61,417 nt of DNA, filler included, from an uncultured bacterium (GCA_964449065.1; 22 parts of 22 records of this genome joined end to end with filler, not necessarily neighbours in it); one strand, 5' to 3'. Shown: positions 40,003-51,440, counted from the first letter of the whole stretch. The notes: generated by a model from the letters alone, not told the origin. Numbers and translations: made by a program.

Positions 40003-41733
40003 ATGAATACAAAACGAATAATCCTTTGTATGGCGTTTTTGCCGCTTATTCTTCCTGCATATTCGTGGAGCGAATCGCTGCCTGACGATTGCGGAATTAT
40101 TGGATTGCAACCGGTTCAAATCCAATCGAACGATAATCAAAACGGCTATTGGTACCGGAAAAGATTTACCCCTCAAATCGATGGACCGCTGCGAGACAGC
40201 ATTCAAGTCTACGACGAAGCTCTTTCTTTCCGAAATTGGTCTTGCGAGTGGTGGATTGCAGAGAATGAATCATTCACGGGAAAGCGTTTGTCCAGCGAAG
40301 ATGAACTGGATAAGAGGGAACTTTACTATCTTCATGCGTGGATACGGTATTCGGGGGGCCTTGAGGTATCCAACGATCAATTGGAAGAAATCCGCCCGGC
40401 GGTGTTGCTGCTGCCGGTATCCGGAATTGAAGTAGACTCCAAAAAGCCATCACCATCGTGGTGGTCTTATCTATGGGGCAGCCGTTCCGGAACGCGTTTT
40501 GAAACAGAAAAGAAAGATAAGCCAACCAATTTGATTATCCTAATGATCGACACACTGCGTTCCGATCATAATCCTCCATACAATCACCCCTTTGTGATTG
40601 CCCCCCATATGGAAATGCTGGCAAATTTAGGGACTGTGTTTACCGAGTCGTATGGGGCATCGAGTTCAACACGTCCCAGTGTGGGTACGATGTTTACCGG
40701 CATTCAGCCGTACGCGCATGGGGCGGTTCGGCATTCGCTGACCAACGCGAATTTGTATTCCAGCGTGCCCATCCTGCCGGAGATCATGCGGAATAATGGC
40801 TATGAAACGGTGGGGATATCCAGCAACGCGCAGGTGACCTCGGCATTTGGTTTTGCCAGAGGATTTGATCATTACGAATGTCCGGTGGGTGAAAATCATG
40901 TCACTCCCAAGGCACTGCAATATCTGCAAACCTTGAGCGAACCGTTTTTTTTGTATCTACATTACATGGCACCGCATCACCCATACGAGCCGCCCGCGAT
41001 TTTGCACCGGTTGTATGAGGGACGGACAGAATACGAAGAGCAGGATCACTATTGCGCGGAAATCACATTGGATGACCACCGCATCGGCCTGGTACTGAAC
41101 GAACTGGTACAGCAGGGGCTGTTCGGGCGTTCTCTGATTTGGCTGGTATCCGATCATGGCGAAGAGTTTTGGGAACACGGCTGGAATGGCCATGGCGCGA
41201 AGTTGTATGAAGAATCGGTGAGGACGGTTTCGATTCTATCGGCACCGCAATGGCTGCCGGTAAACCAGCGGGTGGATGAGCCGGTAACTCATGCCGATAT
41301 GCTGCCGACAATTCATGAGATGTTCGGGTTTGATCTCCCGGAAATTCAGCAAGGCGTTAATCTGATTCCTCTCACTCATGGAGAGATCATGGATTCAACC
41401 CGGCCGGTATTATTGCATCACGGCGGGGGCTTGGAGCCGGAGGCGCATCCATCGGATAAAAACGCTGTTGTATCAGGAGATTACAAACTCATTTGGTGGA
41501 ACCAGAAGGATGAGTGGGAGTTGTATAATCTCAAGGACGATCCGTTGGAGCAAAATAATTTAGTTGCAAACGGTTTGCCTGCGATTATGGATTTAAAGCC
41601 TTTGTTGATGAGTCAATGGAGATCGACACGGGCGGTTGGAGACATGTACCGTTCCAAAAGCGGGGCGGATACGTATGATACATTAAGCGAAAGCGACTTG
41701 GAAAATTTACGGGCGAACGGATATATCGATTAG
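40003..41733 (+). CDS. Sulfatase-like hydrolase with N-terminal extension
   Basis: IDTLRSDH, STRPS, HYMAPHHPY, SDHGEEF, ELYNL..DP. Confidence 0.85.
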   Translation: MNTKRIILCMAFLPLILPAYSWSESLPDDCGIIGLQPVQIQSNDNQNGYWYRKRFTPQIDGPLRDSIQVYDEALSFRNWSCEWWIAENESFTGKRLSSEDELDKRELYYLHAWIRYSGGLEVSNDQLEEIRPAVLLLPVSGIEVDSKKPSPSWWSYLWGSRSGTRFETEKKDKPTNLIILMIDTLRSDHNPPYNHPFVIAPHMEMLANLGTVFTESYGASSSTRPSVGTMFTGIQPYAHGAVRHSLTNANLYSSVPILPEIMRNNGYETVGISSNAQVTSAFGFARGFDHYECPVGENHVTPKALQYLQTLSEPFFLYLHYMAPHHPYEPPAILHRLYEGRTEYEEQDHYCAEITLDDHRIGLVLNELVQQGLFGRSLIWLVSDHGEEFWEHGWNGHGAKLYEESVRTVSILSAPQWLPVNQRVDEPVTHADMLPTIHEMFGFDLPEIQQGVNLIPLTHGEIMDSTRPVLLHHGGGLEPEAHPSDKNAVVSGDYKLIWWNQKDEWELYNLKDDPLEQNNLVANGLPAIMDLKPLLMSQWRSTRAVGDMYRSKSGADTYDTLSESDLENLRANGYID

Positions 41734-41745
41734 AAAGAACCGTTT

Positions 41746-41790
41746 TGAATTTGACGAACTTGAATTTGACGAACCAAATTTGACGAACCT
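41746..41790. repeat. Short tandem repeat, AATTTGACGAAC core x3
   Basis: Read directly; 14-15 nt period. Confidence 0.8.
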
Positions 41791-41873
41791 TGAAAAAGTA
41801 ATGAGGCATGATTTAATCCTGTACCTAGAAAAAAATCAAACTCTTACCATATTAACTTCGTGGAGGCAATCGA

Positions 41874-42524
41874 ATGAAATCAGTACGTGTATTTAATTTT
41901 TGTGTTCTGGCAGCGGTTTTGACACTTTTCGCTTCAGCAGTGAAAGCGGAAGAAGGCTTTGAGCCGCTGTTTGACTCGTGGGACAATGATGGATGGACGA
42001 TCCAAGGACTGGAAAAAGCCGGCCCGGAAGTGACTGAAGAAGATGGCGAAAAGATATTAAAAGTCGGCGGTTGGGATTATTGGGCCGTGATTTCCAACAA
42101 GGAATATGAAAACTTTATCTTAAAATTTGATGTAAAATTTGAATCCAAGGGCAACAGCGGGGTTCTGCTTCATACGCCGGCGAAAAAAGATGTGTTTAAG
42201 AAAGACAGCCGTCTGGAAATCCAGTTGGAATCTGGCGATGACCCGAAACTTACCGATCCGGAAAGCAAAAACGGCGCGATTGAGCGTTTTGTAGCGCCGG
42301 CAGCCGACCCGGCCAAACCGGTCGGCGAGTGGAACAGCGTTGAGATTAAATATGACAGCGGCAAAGTATGGGTGACCATCAACGGCATGGTGGTTCAAGA
42401 CGGTGTGGATATCACCCAGATTGAAGAACTGAAGGATCATCCCAGCAAAGGGCATATCGCCTTGCAGCGCAATGACTTTAAAAAAGCGGTCTACTTTAAG
42501 AGTTTGATGGTCAAAGAATTATAA
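41874..42524 (+). CDS. DUF1080 secreted protein
   Basis: Signal peptide, GNSGV, EIQ, GEWN, GHIALQ. Confidence 0.88.
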   Translation: MKSVRVFNFCVLAAVLTLFASAVKAEEGFEPLFDSWDNDGWTIQGLEKAGPEVTEEDGEKILKVGGWDYWAVISNKEYENFILKFDVKFESKGNSGVLLHTPAKKDVFKKDSRLEIQLESGDDPKLTDPESKNGAIERFVAPAADPAKPVGEWNSVEIKYDSGKVWVTINGMVVQDGVDITQIEELKDHPSKGHIALQRNDFKKAVYFKSLMVKEL

Positions 42525-42545
42525 GTTTCATTTTCAGCGAATTTC

Positions 42546-42577
42546 AAAGCAGGCGGCTAATCAGCCGCCTGCTTTTT
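42546..42577 (+). terminator. Intrinsic terminator
   Basis: AAAGCAGGCGGCT-AATC-AGCCGCCTGCTTTTT. Confidence 0.85.
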
Positions 42578-42786
42578 AGTATTAGCTCACGTTACGCACT
42601 ACATTATGATATGCCCGTTTTTCTAATCGTCCGCTGAATCTATCACCCTCTCCCACCGGGAGAGGGCCGGGGTGAGGGTTCGGGAGNNNNNNNNNNNNNN
42701 NNNNNNNNNNNNNNNNNNNNNNNNNNNNNNTTAATTAATTAANNNNNNNNNNNNNNNNNNNNNNNNNNNNNNNNNNNNNNNNNNNN

Positions 42787-43100
42787 CTATCGGCCGCCGC
42801 CGCCAATTGATGTTTGAGTTCGACATTAATAGTGAGGTACCCCCGGTCCATTGCGATAAAAAAATCGTCGATCAAATCATCCATTCCGCAAAAGAATTGG
42901 ATATCCCCCATCATGTCATGCCAAGCGGCGCCGCCCATGATGCCCAAATCATGGCGCACATCACCAATGTCGGCATGATTTTCGTTCCCAGCAGAGGCGG
43001 CCGCAGCCACTCTCCCGCCGAATGGACACACTGGGAAGACATTCAAACCGGTGCTAATATTATGCTGCATTCAGCGTTAAGCCTCGCGGAATCTACATAA
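42787..43100 (+). CDS. M20-family Zn amidohydrolase (allantoate / N-carbamoyl-amino-acid type), C-terminal part
   Basis: MPSGAAHDAQ, GMIFVPS.GG.SHSPAE. Confidence 0.88.
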
Positions 43101-43156
43101 CATTTGCATGGTTTCTATTTCCAACTGTTACGTTACCATTTCATGAAGGAATACCT

Positions 43157-43891
43157 ATGGATATAAAAAAAGAAATTAAAGAAGAATTTATGAATCTGGA
43201 TCCGTTAAAGGATCGGTATCATGAAAACATCGCGGAAAATCCGGAACACTTCGAGCACGAGAAAAAGGGCGAAGTCGCCCTATTGTGCATCGATATGCAA
43301 TACCTGGATGCCGCACAGGGATACGGTGTGTTTAAAGATGTCTTAAATTCCGGCGTCCCCATCGAAGCGCAGGAATACTACTTCTGCACGTTAAAAGAAT
43401 GTGTGTTTCCCAATGTACGCAAACTGCAAGATACCTTCCGCCATCGAGGCTTGGAAGTCATCCACGTCCGCATCATGTCTTTAACCGAAGACGGCAGAGA
43501 CCGCAGCGCCAACCACAAAAACCTGAATCTTCACGCCTCCCCAAATTCCAAAGAGGCCGAATTCATCCCCGAAGTCGCCCCCATAGGGGATGAAATCATC
43601 ATCAGCAAAACCGCCAGCGGAGTCTTTAATTCCACCAATATTGAATACGTGCTGAAAAATATCGGAATCAACACTCTGTTTATCACCGGCGTATACACCA
43701 ACGAATGCGTCGAAACCACTGTCCGTGATGCCAGCGACAAAGGCTTTGGCGTCACGTTAATTGAAGACGGCTGCACCACCGTAACCCGCCAACTGCACGA
43801 ATTCTCCATTGCCACCCTGCGCGACCGCTACGCCCGCATCCTCAGCACCGAAGAAGCCGTCCAAGAAATCCTCGAATACGTCAAAGTTTAA
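43157..43891 (+). CDS. Isochorismatase-family cysteine hydrolase
   Basis: IDMQ, ISKTASGVF, GVYTNECVETT (D-K-C triad). Confidence 0.9.
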   Translation: MDIKKEIKEEFMNLDPLKDRYHENIAENPEHFEHEKKGEVALLCIDMQYLDAAQGYGVFKDVLNSGVPIEAQEYYFCTLKECVFPNVRKLQDTFRHRGLEVIHVRIMSLTEDGRDRSANHKNLNLHASPNSKEAEFIPEVAPIGDEIIISKTASGVFNSTNIEYVLKNIGINTLFITGVYTNECVETTVRDASDKGFGVTLIEDGCTTVTRQLHEFSIATLRDRYARILSTEEAVQEILEYVKV

Positions 43892-44159
43892 CCGCGGCTT
43901 GTATGCTGTAATAGGATGGTAGGAGACACTACATCCCTTGATTTATACAAGTTTCACGGAAAAAGTGAGGTATCTTTCACGCAACCATACGGGATAAAGA
44001 AACTGTAGGGTGAAACTGTAAGGCGGCTCAAATCGAAACGCAACCCATCATGACCATCTTTGCTCACTCGATTTGAACCAACATTCTGATTGCAACTTGA
44101 TTTAATTCGAATAACAGGCGTAACATATCGGATGCGTAACATAAGGTAAATACTTCTTC

Positions 44160-44363
44160 TCAAGACTCTTTCTTTCCTGTCAAACTTAAAGCAATCGATA
44201 GCAGTAAAACCGTATTGGAGAAGTTTAAGAAGCTTTGCGGTTTGATGGGGTAGTTCATACTGATGCCGTAGTAGGCAAAATCAAAACCAATGGCTTTAAT
44301 CAGAACTCCCAAGACCAGCGAGATTACGGCAATGTAGATCAAAACTTTCGGTGCGTTTGACAT
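44160..44363 (-). CDS. Small two-TM hypothetical protein
   Basis: SD-like GGAAG and two hydrophobic helices. Confidence 0.6.
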   Translation of the reverse strand: MSNAPKVLIYIAVISLVLGVLIKAIGFDFAYYGISMNYPIKPQSFLNFSNTVLLLSIALSLTGKKES

Positions 44364-44448
44364 GATTCACTTCCTTCCAAATATGGATCGCAACAATTTT
44401 ACAATAACAGAATGGAGTTCATTATTCCAGATTTTTGTATCACAACAA

Positions 44449-44673
44449 TTAAGAAATCTCCAATAATGGAGTTTGGTGAACTACATCAGGTATTTCTTCA
44501 CCATGCGCTATTAATGATTCTATAACCAACTCAGTGACTTCTTGAATGTTCTTTAATGCTTCTTGTTGAGTTTCGCCCCAAGTCGCTGCACCTTTGTCTA
44601 CTAATCCCGGAACATACGAACTCCACTTATCCTCATCAGGTTCAACAACAATTGGAAAAACAAATGACTTCAT
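44449..44673 (-). CDS. hicB: HicB-family antitoxin, solo
   Basis: FPIVVEPDE...VPGL...TWGETQQEALKNIQE...GEEIP. Confidence 0.88.
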   Translation of the reverse strand: MKSFVFPIVVEPDEDKWSSYVPGLVDKGAATWGETQQEALKNIQEVTELVIESLIAHGEEIPDVVHQTPLLEIS

Positions 44674-44723
44674 CTTTATTATCCTTTAAACATATTTGAT
44701 TTAATTATAACACTCAACAAAAC

Positions 44724-45470
44724 TTACTCCATCTCAATAATCCGCATGTTACGCCACCAGGTTTCCATCTCCAGGCCGGAGTGGATTTGGAAGGCGAAGA
44801 CGCCCGCTTTGATGCGGTTGGCTTCTTTTTCGGTATGTTCAATGGATTTCACTCCGTTGATATGCAGTTCGAGTTTGGGGCCGATGGCGGTGATTTCGTA
44901 GGTGTTCCAGCCGTCCCAATCGATCAACTTGCTAAAGTCTTGCTCGGGTTTGATGATAACTCCGCGTTCGCTTTGGTCGTAAAGGTGGCCGTTGATCCAA
45001 TCGCTGCGTGAATCAATATCCGCCTGGTAACCGTGCACCATGTTATCCACCACCCAGCTGCGGAATTGGATACCTGAATTGCCAAAGGGAACTTTGAAAC
45101 TGGTGACGAAGTAAAAGTCCTTGTATTCTTCTTCGGATACCAGCCAGCCGTAGCCTCCGTCTTTGGATTTGCCGTAATAGGCATCTTCCTGTGCATCCCA
45201 GGTGCTGTCGGCGTGCGGTTTCCAACCGTAGAATTCTTCCGGCTCGTAGAGGATTTCCCAATCGGCGCCATCGGGAAGCGGGAGGATGCGGATGCTGTCG
45301 AACTCGATGTGTCCGCCTTCTCCCGGTGACATTTGCAGGGCGATGACTCCCTCTTTCAGCCCTTCTCTGTCGGTCACATCGGCGCAGGCATAGCCGTTGA
45401 CGTAGGTGGTAACCCGGTTGCCGGATGCCATAATCTCATAGGTGTTCCAGCCGTCTTCGTTGAAGTACTC
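44724..45470 (-). CDS. DUF1080 multi-domain protein (5' truncated)
   Basis: GVIALQ, GNSGIQFRS, GYQADI, GWNTYEI, FAFQIH. Confidence 0.88.
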   Translation of the reverse strand, partial: EYFNEDGWNTYEIMASGNRVTTYVNGYACADVTDREGLKEGVIALQMSPGEGGHIEFDSIRILPLPDGADWEILYEPEEFYGWKPHADSTWDAQEDAYYGKSKDGGYGWLVSEEEYKDFYFVTSFKVPFGNSGIQFRSWVVDNMVHGYQADIDSRSDWINGHLYDQSERGVIIKPEQDFSKLIDWDGWNTYEITAIGPKLELHINGVKSIEHTEKEANRIKAGVFAFQIHSGLEMETWWRNMRIIEME

Positions 45471-45570
45471 NNNNNNNNNNNNNNNNNNNNNNNNNNNNNN
45501 NNNNNNNNNNNNNNTTAATTAATTAANNNNNNNNNNNNNNNNNNNNNNNNNNNNNNNNNNNNNNNNNNNN

Positions 45571-46100
45571 TTAAACCCCATTATCTCAAAAAGATTTGTG
45601 GAATTCCGGCATCTGAGATCATAAATAGGCAATGGGTTAACCCAAAGCTATTGGGCTTTGTACCTTACCTGGATAAAATCCTTGAAGCCCGAAATTTTGC
45701 TGAAAGAGTCTCCTATGCTCTTGAATGGATTGTCGAACGTACAGAAAATTCGAAACCTTCAGGACTCGTCCAATATATATCTTCAAGTCTGGACAAAAAT
45801 CCATTTATGCGTGTAAACAAGCTGGAAAGCTTGTCAGGATACAGCAGAAAATATCTTGCACGGATATTCAAGGAATCTACCGGTTATTCCATTTCAGCTT
45901 ATCGAAGACTTGTCCGCTTTGAGCATATATTGAATTCCTTAAAGCCAACCTCAGATGAGGATTGGCACGACCTTATCTACGGAGCGGAATATTACGATCA
46001 GAGTCATTTTATTCGGGATATTAAGGAAATCAGCGGGCTTACACCCACACTTCTTCTTGAAAAAGTAAAAAACAGAAATTACCGTACCCTGGTTTTATAG
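45571..46100 (+). CDS. AraC-family regulator (5' truncated)
   Basis: SRKYLARIFKESTG...YYDQSHFIRDIK. Confidence 0.88.
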
Positions 46101-46171
46101 GTGACATTTTTACAATCACTGGCTTTCTTCAATCGGTATTTTTGAACTTAATTTAAATAATCATCAGCATT

Positions 46172-47626
46172 ATGGAAAGCTACATCTATAAATCGGCCAT
46201 TGAATTAGCCTCATTGATTCGTGAGGGAGAGGCAAAAAGCCTTGATATTGTAGAAGAACATATTGATCGGATTAAAAAAATGAATCCGGATATTAACGCT
46301 TTGATAAGCCTTTTTGAAGAGGAAGCTATAAATGAAGCCAGGGAATGTGATAAGGAAGCATCCAGGGGGAGCTTCAGGGGGCCTCTACATGGAGTGCCCG
46401 TCACGATCAAAGAACAGTTTTGGATCAAAGGGAAGCCGGGCAATACCAATTCGACCCGCCTTAAGGATTTTGTAGCGCCCGAAAATGCTGTTATTGTCGA
46501 CAGGATCCTTGGGGCAGGAGCTATTATTCTGGGGCAGACCAATGTCTCCAAGAACCTTACTGATTACCAGGTTCAGGGTGATATCTACCCGGAAGGGAAA
46601 AATCCTTATCATACAGATTTCACCCCGGGCGGTAGTACTGGCGGAGGTGCCGCAGCACTTGCGGCTGGATTTACTCCACTGGAACTGGGAGGTGATTTCG
46701 GGGGTTCCATTCGCGTTCCGGCTGGTTTTTGTGGATTGTATGGATTAAAACCAAGCGAATATACTGTTCCCAGGCATGGGATGGTCCCATTGCCTAAAAA
46801 TGCGAACACCTTCCTTCTGCATATGGTTCAGCCAGGTCCCCTGGCCAGGAATATTGGCGACCTGGGACTGATGTGGAATATCATAAAGGGACCTCATCGG
46901 AGTGACCGCTCAACAGCAAATATTGATTGGAAAAATCCGGCTAAAAGAAATCTCGCAGACTACCGTATTGCCTGGACCGATGGATGGCCTGGTTATCAAC
47001 CAGGGCATCAGGTAAGCAATGGCATCAAGGAATTGATCAATGAATATATTAATAAAGGTGGTGCCGCTGAAAAGGCCATTCCGGAAGGCAACCTGCATGA
47101 TGACTCAATCAGTGTTTATGTGAGTTTATTTCCTTACATAGTTGCACAGGGAAATCCCTGGTTTGTACGACAGATTATTAAGAGTAGTTTCCGGAAAGGA
47201 TTACTCAAAGGGTTCAGAAAGCACAAATCAGAATTAAACAAGGGATTCCATATGAATACAAATCACTATGGGGAGGTTTTGCTTAGAAAAAACCAGATCA
47301 CAGAGCGTTGGGAACGATTCTTTGAAGATTACGATTTCCTGATTTGTCCGGTGAGCTATGGTCCTGCTTATAAAAGATGTCCGATTGGAACTCAACTGAA
47401 TCTTGAAGGGAATGAAATGCCGTATGTTGAATATGCCTGGCCTTATAATGCCTGTTTTAATGCTTCAGGCCATCCGGCAATTTCGGTACCCCTGGGCATG
47501 AGTGAGGATGGATTACCAATTGGGGTACAGATAGTTGGCCCTTACTGGTCTGAGCCGGAACTTTTCCATTTTGCCAAATTAATCTCAGAGTTAACCATAG
47601 GATTTGTGAAACCGGCAGGGTATTAA
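46172..47626 (+). CDS. Amidase (amidase signature family)
   Basis: GPLHGVPVTIKE, PGGSTGG, DFGGSIRVPA, GLPIGVQ. Confidence 0.93.
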   Translation: MESYIYKSAIELASLIREGEAKSLDIVEEHIDRIKKMNPDINALISLFEEEAINEARECDKEASRGSFRGPLHGVPVTIKEQFWIKGKPGNTNSTRLKDFVAPENAVIVDRILGAGAIILGQTNVSKNLTDYQVQGDIYPEGKNPYHTDFTPGGSTGGGAAALAAGFTPLELGGDFGGSIRVPAGFCGLYGLKPSEYTVPRHGMVPLPKNANTFLLHMVQPGPLARNIGDLGLMWNIIKGPHRSDRSTANIDWKNPAKRNLADYRIAWTDGWPGYQPGHQVSNGIKELINEYINKGGAAEKAIPEGNLHDDSISVYVSLFPYIVAQGNPWFVRQIIKSSFRKGLLKGFRKHKSELNKGFHMNTNHYGEVLLRKNQITERWERFFEDYDFLICPVSYGPAYKRCPIGTQLNLEGNEMPYVEYAWPYNACFNASGHPAISVPLGMSEDGLPIGVQIVGPYWSEPELFHFAKLISELTIGFVKPAGY

Positions 47627-47750
47627 CTCTTCGTGATGTGAAAATTTAGTGTCATACCAAAATATGGGCAGACCATACGATTGAATTACATGACCTCAAA
47701 TTATTCGGGGACTTTCGCGAATGTCTCAAGCAAGCTTGAGGCCATGAATG

Positions 47751-47797
47751 AAAAAAGCCCTGCGCGGATGCGCAAGGCTTCTTTTAGTAGCGGGGAC
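47751..47797 (-). other. tRNA-3'-end-like fragment plus terminator; possible island attachment site
   Basis: Minus strand GTCCCCGCTACTA, then the hairpin AGCCTTGCGC-ATCC-GCGCAGGGCT and a U-tract. Confidence 0.5.
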
Positions 47798-47987
47798 TGA
47801 CGAAATATCTAACTTGGATTTAGTAAAGGATTTGGCAGAAGTTGTTGATTTTGTTGAAGATATGAAAGCATTGGACTGGCAGAGAATTTGCTGATAAACT
47901 GAAACAATCACAAAAATTGCAAATTTTAACGATCCGGACCAATTTGGTGAGATATGAATTTCTTGACATTTTTTGTAGATTTACACA

Positions 47988-48152
47988 ATGGTAGAAAGGA
48001 TAAATATAGATGCAAATATGCTGACCTGGGCTATTACCCGGGCAGGGTATGATGTGTCTGAATTTACCCAAGCAAATCCCCGGATTCAAGATTGGATTGA
48101 CGGAACAAAACAACCAACAGTAAAACAGTTGGAAGATTTTTCTAAAAAAGTA
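47988..48152 (+). CDS. N-terminus of an XRE-HTH / ImmA-IrrE-type protein (3' truncated)
   Basis: MLTWAITRAG...W..G.KQPTVKQLEDFSKK. Confidence 0.72.
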
Positions 48153-48768
48153 NNNNNNNNNNNNNNNNNNNNNNNNNNNNNNNNNNNNNNNNNNNNTTAA
48201 TTAATTAANNNNNNNNNNNNNNNNNNNNNNNNNNNNNNNNNNNNNNNNNNNNCCCTCATCTCTTATCTTCTCCCAAAGGGAGAAGACGATAGACACTGCG
48301 TTTGACTTAGAATATTTGGCTTACAACAAAAACCATTTTCAAGAAATCGTCAATCATGGATTGCGTAATATGGATTGCATAACATCAGTTATTTAATGCG
48401 GTGTTGCTAAAAATGCGTTCGGATTGGAATGAACGGTGCTTCCGGCCCGGCGGGAGCCTTGCCCTCCCAAACCTGGCTCGGCGGGAGCCTCGCCCTCCCA
48501 AAAAACATTGTTTGAACAACTTTTTCCAAGTATATTCAAATTGAGTTGGACGGAATGACGCACCGGCTGGAAGCCGATGCTACCCACAATGAACATATCA
48601 TTGGCAAATAAATTTTTTAGGTAAACCTCAGTTTGATCAAGGGGGGGGCAACAACGACAGACTCCTTAACAATGGGGGTATGCATCCACCTACCATCATT
48701 TTATTGTTGACAGACTATTAGCCGTTTTGATCACAATCGCTTCAGACAACTGACATCTTACCGTGGGA

Positions 48769-49227
48769 TTAAAGTTGTTTGAGAATAAGGTGAAGTTCTT
48801 GTTTGATTTCATGAAGCAACTTTGAATGGTTGGCTTGTTGGGTAGATATTGGTTGATTGGCATGTGCCGTTTGGGTATCCGGATAGACGGAATCCTGCTG
48901 CTGCAATTCTTCCGCTTCCGCTTGCTGTTCGGCTTTGAGGGCTTGCAGTCCCATGCGAAGTTTGCGTTCCGCACCGTCAAGTGTAAACCCTTCATGATAG
49001 AGTAAACGGACTATCTCATATAACAACTCAAGATCGTTGCGGGTGTATTTACGCTGGTTACCGCTAACCCGCTTTGGATTCAGTTTAGAAAATTTGGTTT
49101 CCCAATAGCGCAGAACATGGGCTTCTACCCCGGTATACTCACTAGCCTCACTGATCGAGTAGTAAATCTTGTTGGGGATTTTATCAAGTTCTACTGGATT
49201 CGGCGCTTGACGGTTTGCATTTGCCAT
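48769..49227 (-). CDS. MerR-family regulator
   Basis: KIYYSISE...VLRYWE...QRKY...GFTLDGA. Confidence 0.9.
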   Translation of the reverse strand: MANANRQAPNPVELDKIPNKIYYSISEASEYTGVEAHVLRYWETKFSKLNPKRVSGNQRKYTRNDLELLYEIVRLLYHEGFTLDGAERKLRMGLQALKAEQQAEAEELQQQDSVYPDTQTAHANQPISTQQANHSKLLHEIKQELHLILKQL

Positions 49228-49392
49228 AATGTTTGTAATCGCCTCATAACAAATTGCTTATCCCAAATGGTTTCAAAGAATACTATAACACGATATAATG
49301 GAGTGGTAAATATGTTAGGGGAAAATAAATCCCTACAATTTACTTTATCCATTATACGGTAAATTCAATTCATACATTGGGTTATTTTTGAT

Positions 49393-50830
49393 ATGGAAAA
49401 ATATATTAAAACCAAGGCGGAAATGCAAGATCTAGCGGATCATTTAACTTCGATATCGAAGAAGATAGGGTATTCCGTATTGCGCTACCGTCAAACCATC
49501 TTCGATATCTTGTTTATGGACCGGGGGCGAAAAAACTCCAACAAGACGGCGTTTTCTTCCACCTACAATGTAGAAGACATCGGAAATCAACTGTATTCTT
49601 CCGTGCGGGGAGAGGAACTGTTTGCTTATAACTTGCCTGACTTTGAACTGTGGCGAGAGCGGACGGAGATTCCCTATATTTTTCAACCCAAAGATATTGA
49701 ACTTCCTGATGAGCGGTTTGTGCAGTGGAACAAGCCGCCTGGAAATTATGAAACGTGGGATGATGATCTGTTACAGTTCACCAAAGAGTATAACGATGTG
49801 CGTATCACTCGTGAATTGGGGGTTGAACAGGTTATTACGGTCAATTCAAAGGGGGGATTGGTTGTGGAATCCCGCCCGTTTTTTACTGTACATTACCGGC
49901 AGGGGTATCATCCATTTATGGTGACCCGAAGCGTAGGTGCGTATGTGAGCAGTGATGAAGATTTATTGAAAATCCCTAAACTCTTGCGATATATTTCCGA
50001 TCCAACGCCGGATAGAAGAATTCGTCAATCCGAGAGTTTTGTGGAAGCGTTTGCGAAACTTCATGCCGTCTCTAATGAGTTGAAATATGACGGTTTAGAA
50101 TCTGCCGGGTTAGGAAACACCTTAACCAACGATGCTATCGTTTTAAGCGGGGTGCCCGCGCATGAAATCTTTGGCCATCAGTTTGAGGAACCGGTTCATC
50201 CGTTGAGTGTGGGGCAACAGTCGCTGTTTCCGGTTGGGAAAGATGTGCAGAATGATCACTTGCTTTTGCAGGATAATCCCACACAGGAATTGGAAGGCTT
50301 GGAGGTGATGGGGTCGTATCATTATGATGCCTACAGCCGTCCATCCCGTATGACGACGCATATAGCCGAATCAAAGGTGAAGGAGCATTTGGGCGGTGAA
50401 TATATTGATCGCAAGAATGTGAAGAAGTTTTTAAACATAGAAGAGAGCCTTGCCTGCGGATGCTCACGGCAGGGGGATGATGGCGGGTTTCCGTCTCCCA
50501 GAATGTCATGCACGGTGCTGGATGGGGAGGAAGAAGACATTGATTGGGGCGGAAAGGTGATTATGGTACCGTTTGATGGGTATGTGTTGGATGGGAATTT
50601 TTTTAAGATTATGTCATCCGAATGTTATGTGCAGGACAGCAATGGAGAGCCGCAGCGGGTGGGGCCTTTGGAAGGCAGCCGGGCGATTTATGACGCGCTG
50701 AACGGCATGCACATCTTGCCGGAGAAGTGCTATCACATCGGCACGTGCAGCAAGCCGAATGTGTTGGATGACCGGATGGATTCGGAAGTAACGGTATCGT
50801 TTTTCACGAATCACCAGATGTGGGAGCATT
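49393..50830 (+). CDS. Divergent TldD-like metalloprotease (3' truncated)
   Basis: HEIFGHQFE (HExxxH), GSYHYD, PRMSCT, GTCSK. Confidence 0.7.
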
Positions 50831-51440
50831 NNNNNNNNNNNNNNNNNNNNNNNNNNNNNNNNNNNNNNNNNNNNTTAATTAATTAANNNNNNNNNNNNNN
50901 NNNNNNNNNNNNNNNNNNNNNNNNNNNNNNACGGCTCCACCCCCTTATGCAAGGGGGTTGTGGCACTGCGCTAACGCTTGTGAATAACTGATCCCACTCA
51001 TTTCATGTAGATGGTTAAATTATCACCCATCATGTCAGCCTTGATGAATTACAAGTGCACTGACAGGCAAAAAGTGTCGGGTAAGTTGAAAACCCTGTGG
51101 CTCGGCAGGAGCCTCGCCCTCCCAGGGCTTGTATCGTGAGTGGTGGGCTAGAACGGTGTGACTCACTTTACGAGATGAACAGTATATAGCAGCAGGCTGG
51201 AATCCTGCACCACATTTTTAAACCGCGAATACACGCCAATTCACGCGAATAACAACGTGGGCATTTCCAGATTTTAGAGTTTCATACCGATTTTATTTCG
51301 GGTTACCGGGGAAGAAAAGCGTGCTTCCGGCTCGGCAGGAGCCTCGCCCTCCCAAAAAGCCTGGCTGGAGCCTTGCTCTCCTAAAAAACCTGGCCCTGCG
51401 GGGGCCTTGCCCTTCCAAAAAACGATAATACTTTTTAACG

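Noticed and set aside
47751..47830. Intact tRNA gene
   Set aside because: Only a 3'-end-like 13-mer is present; no cloverleaf can be formed upstream.
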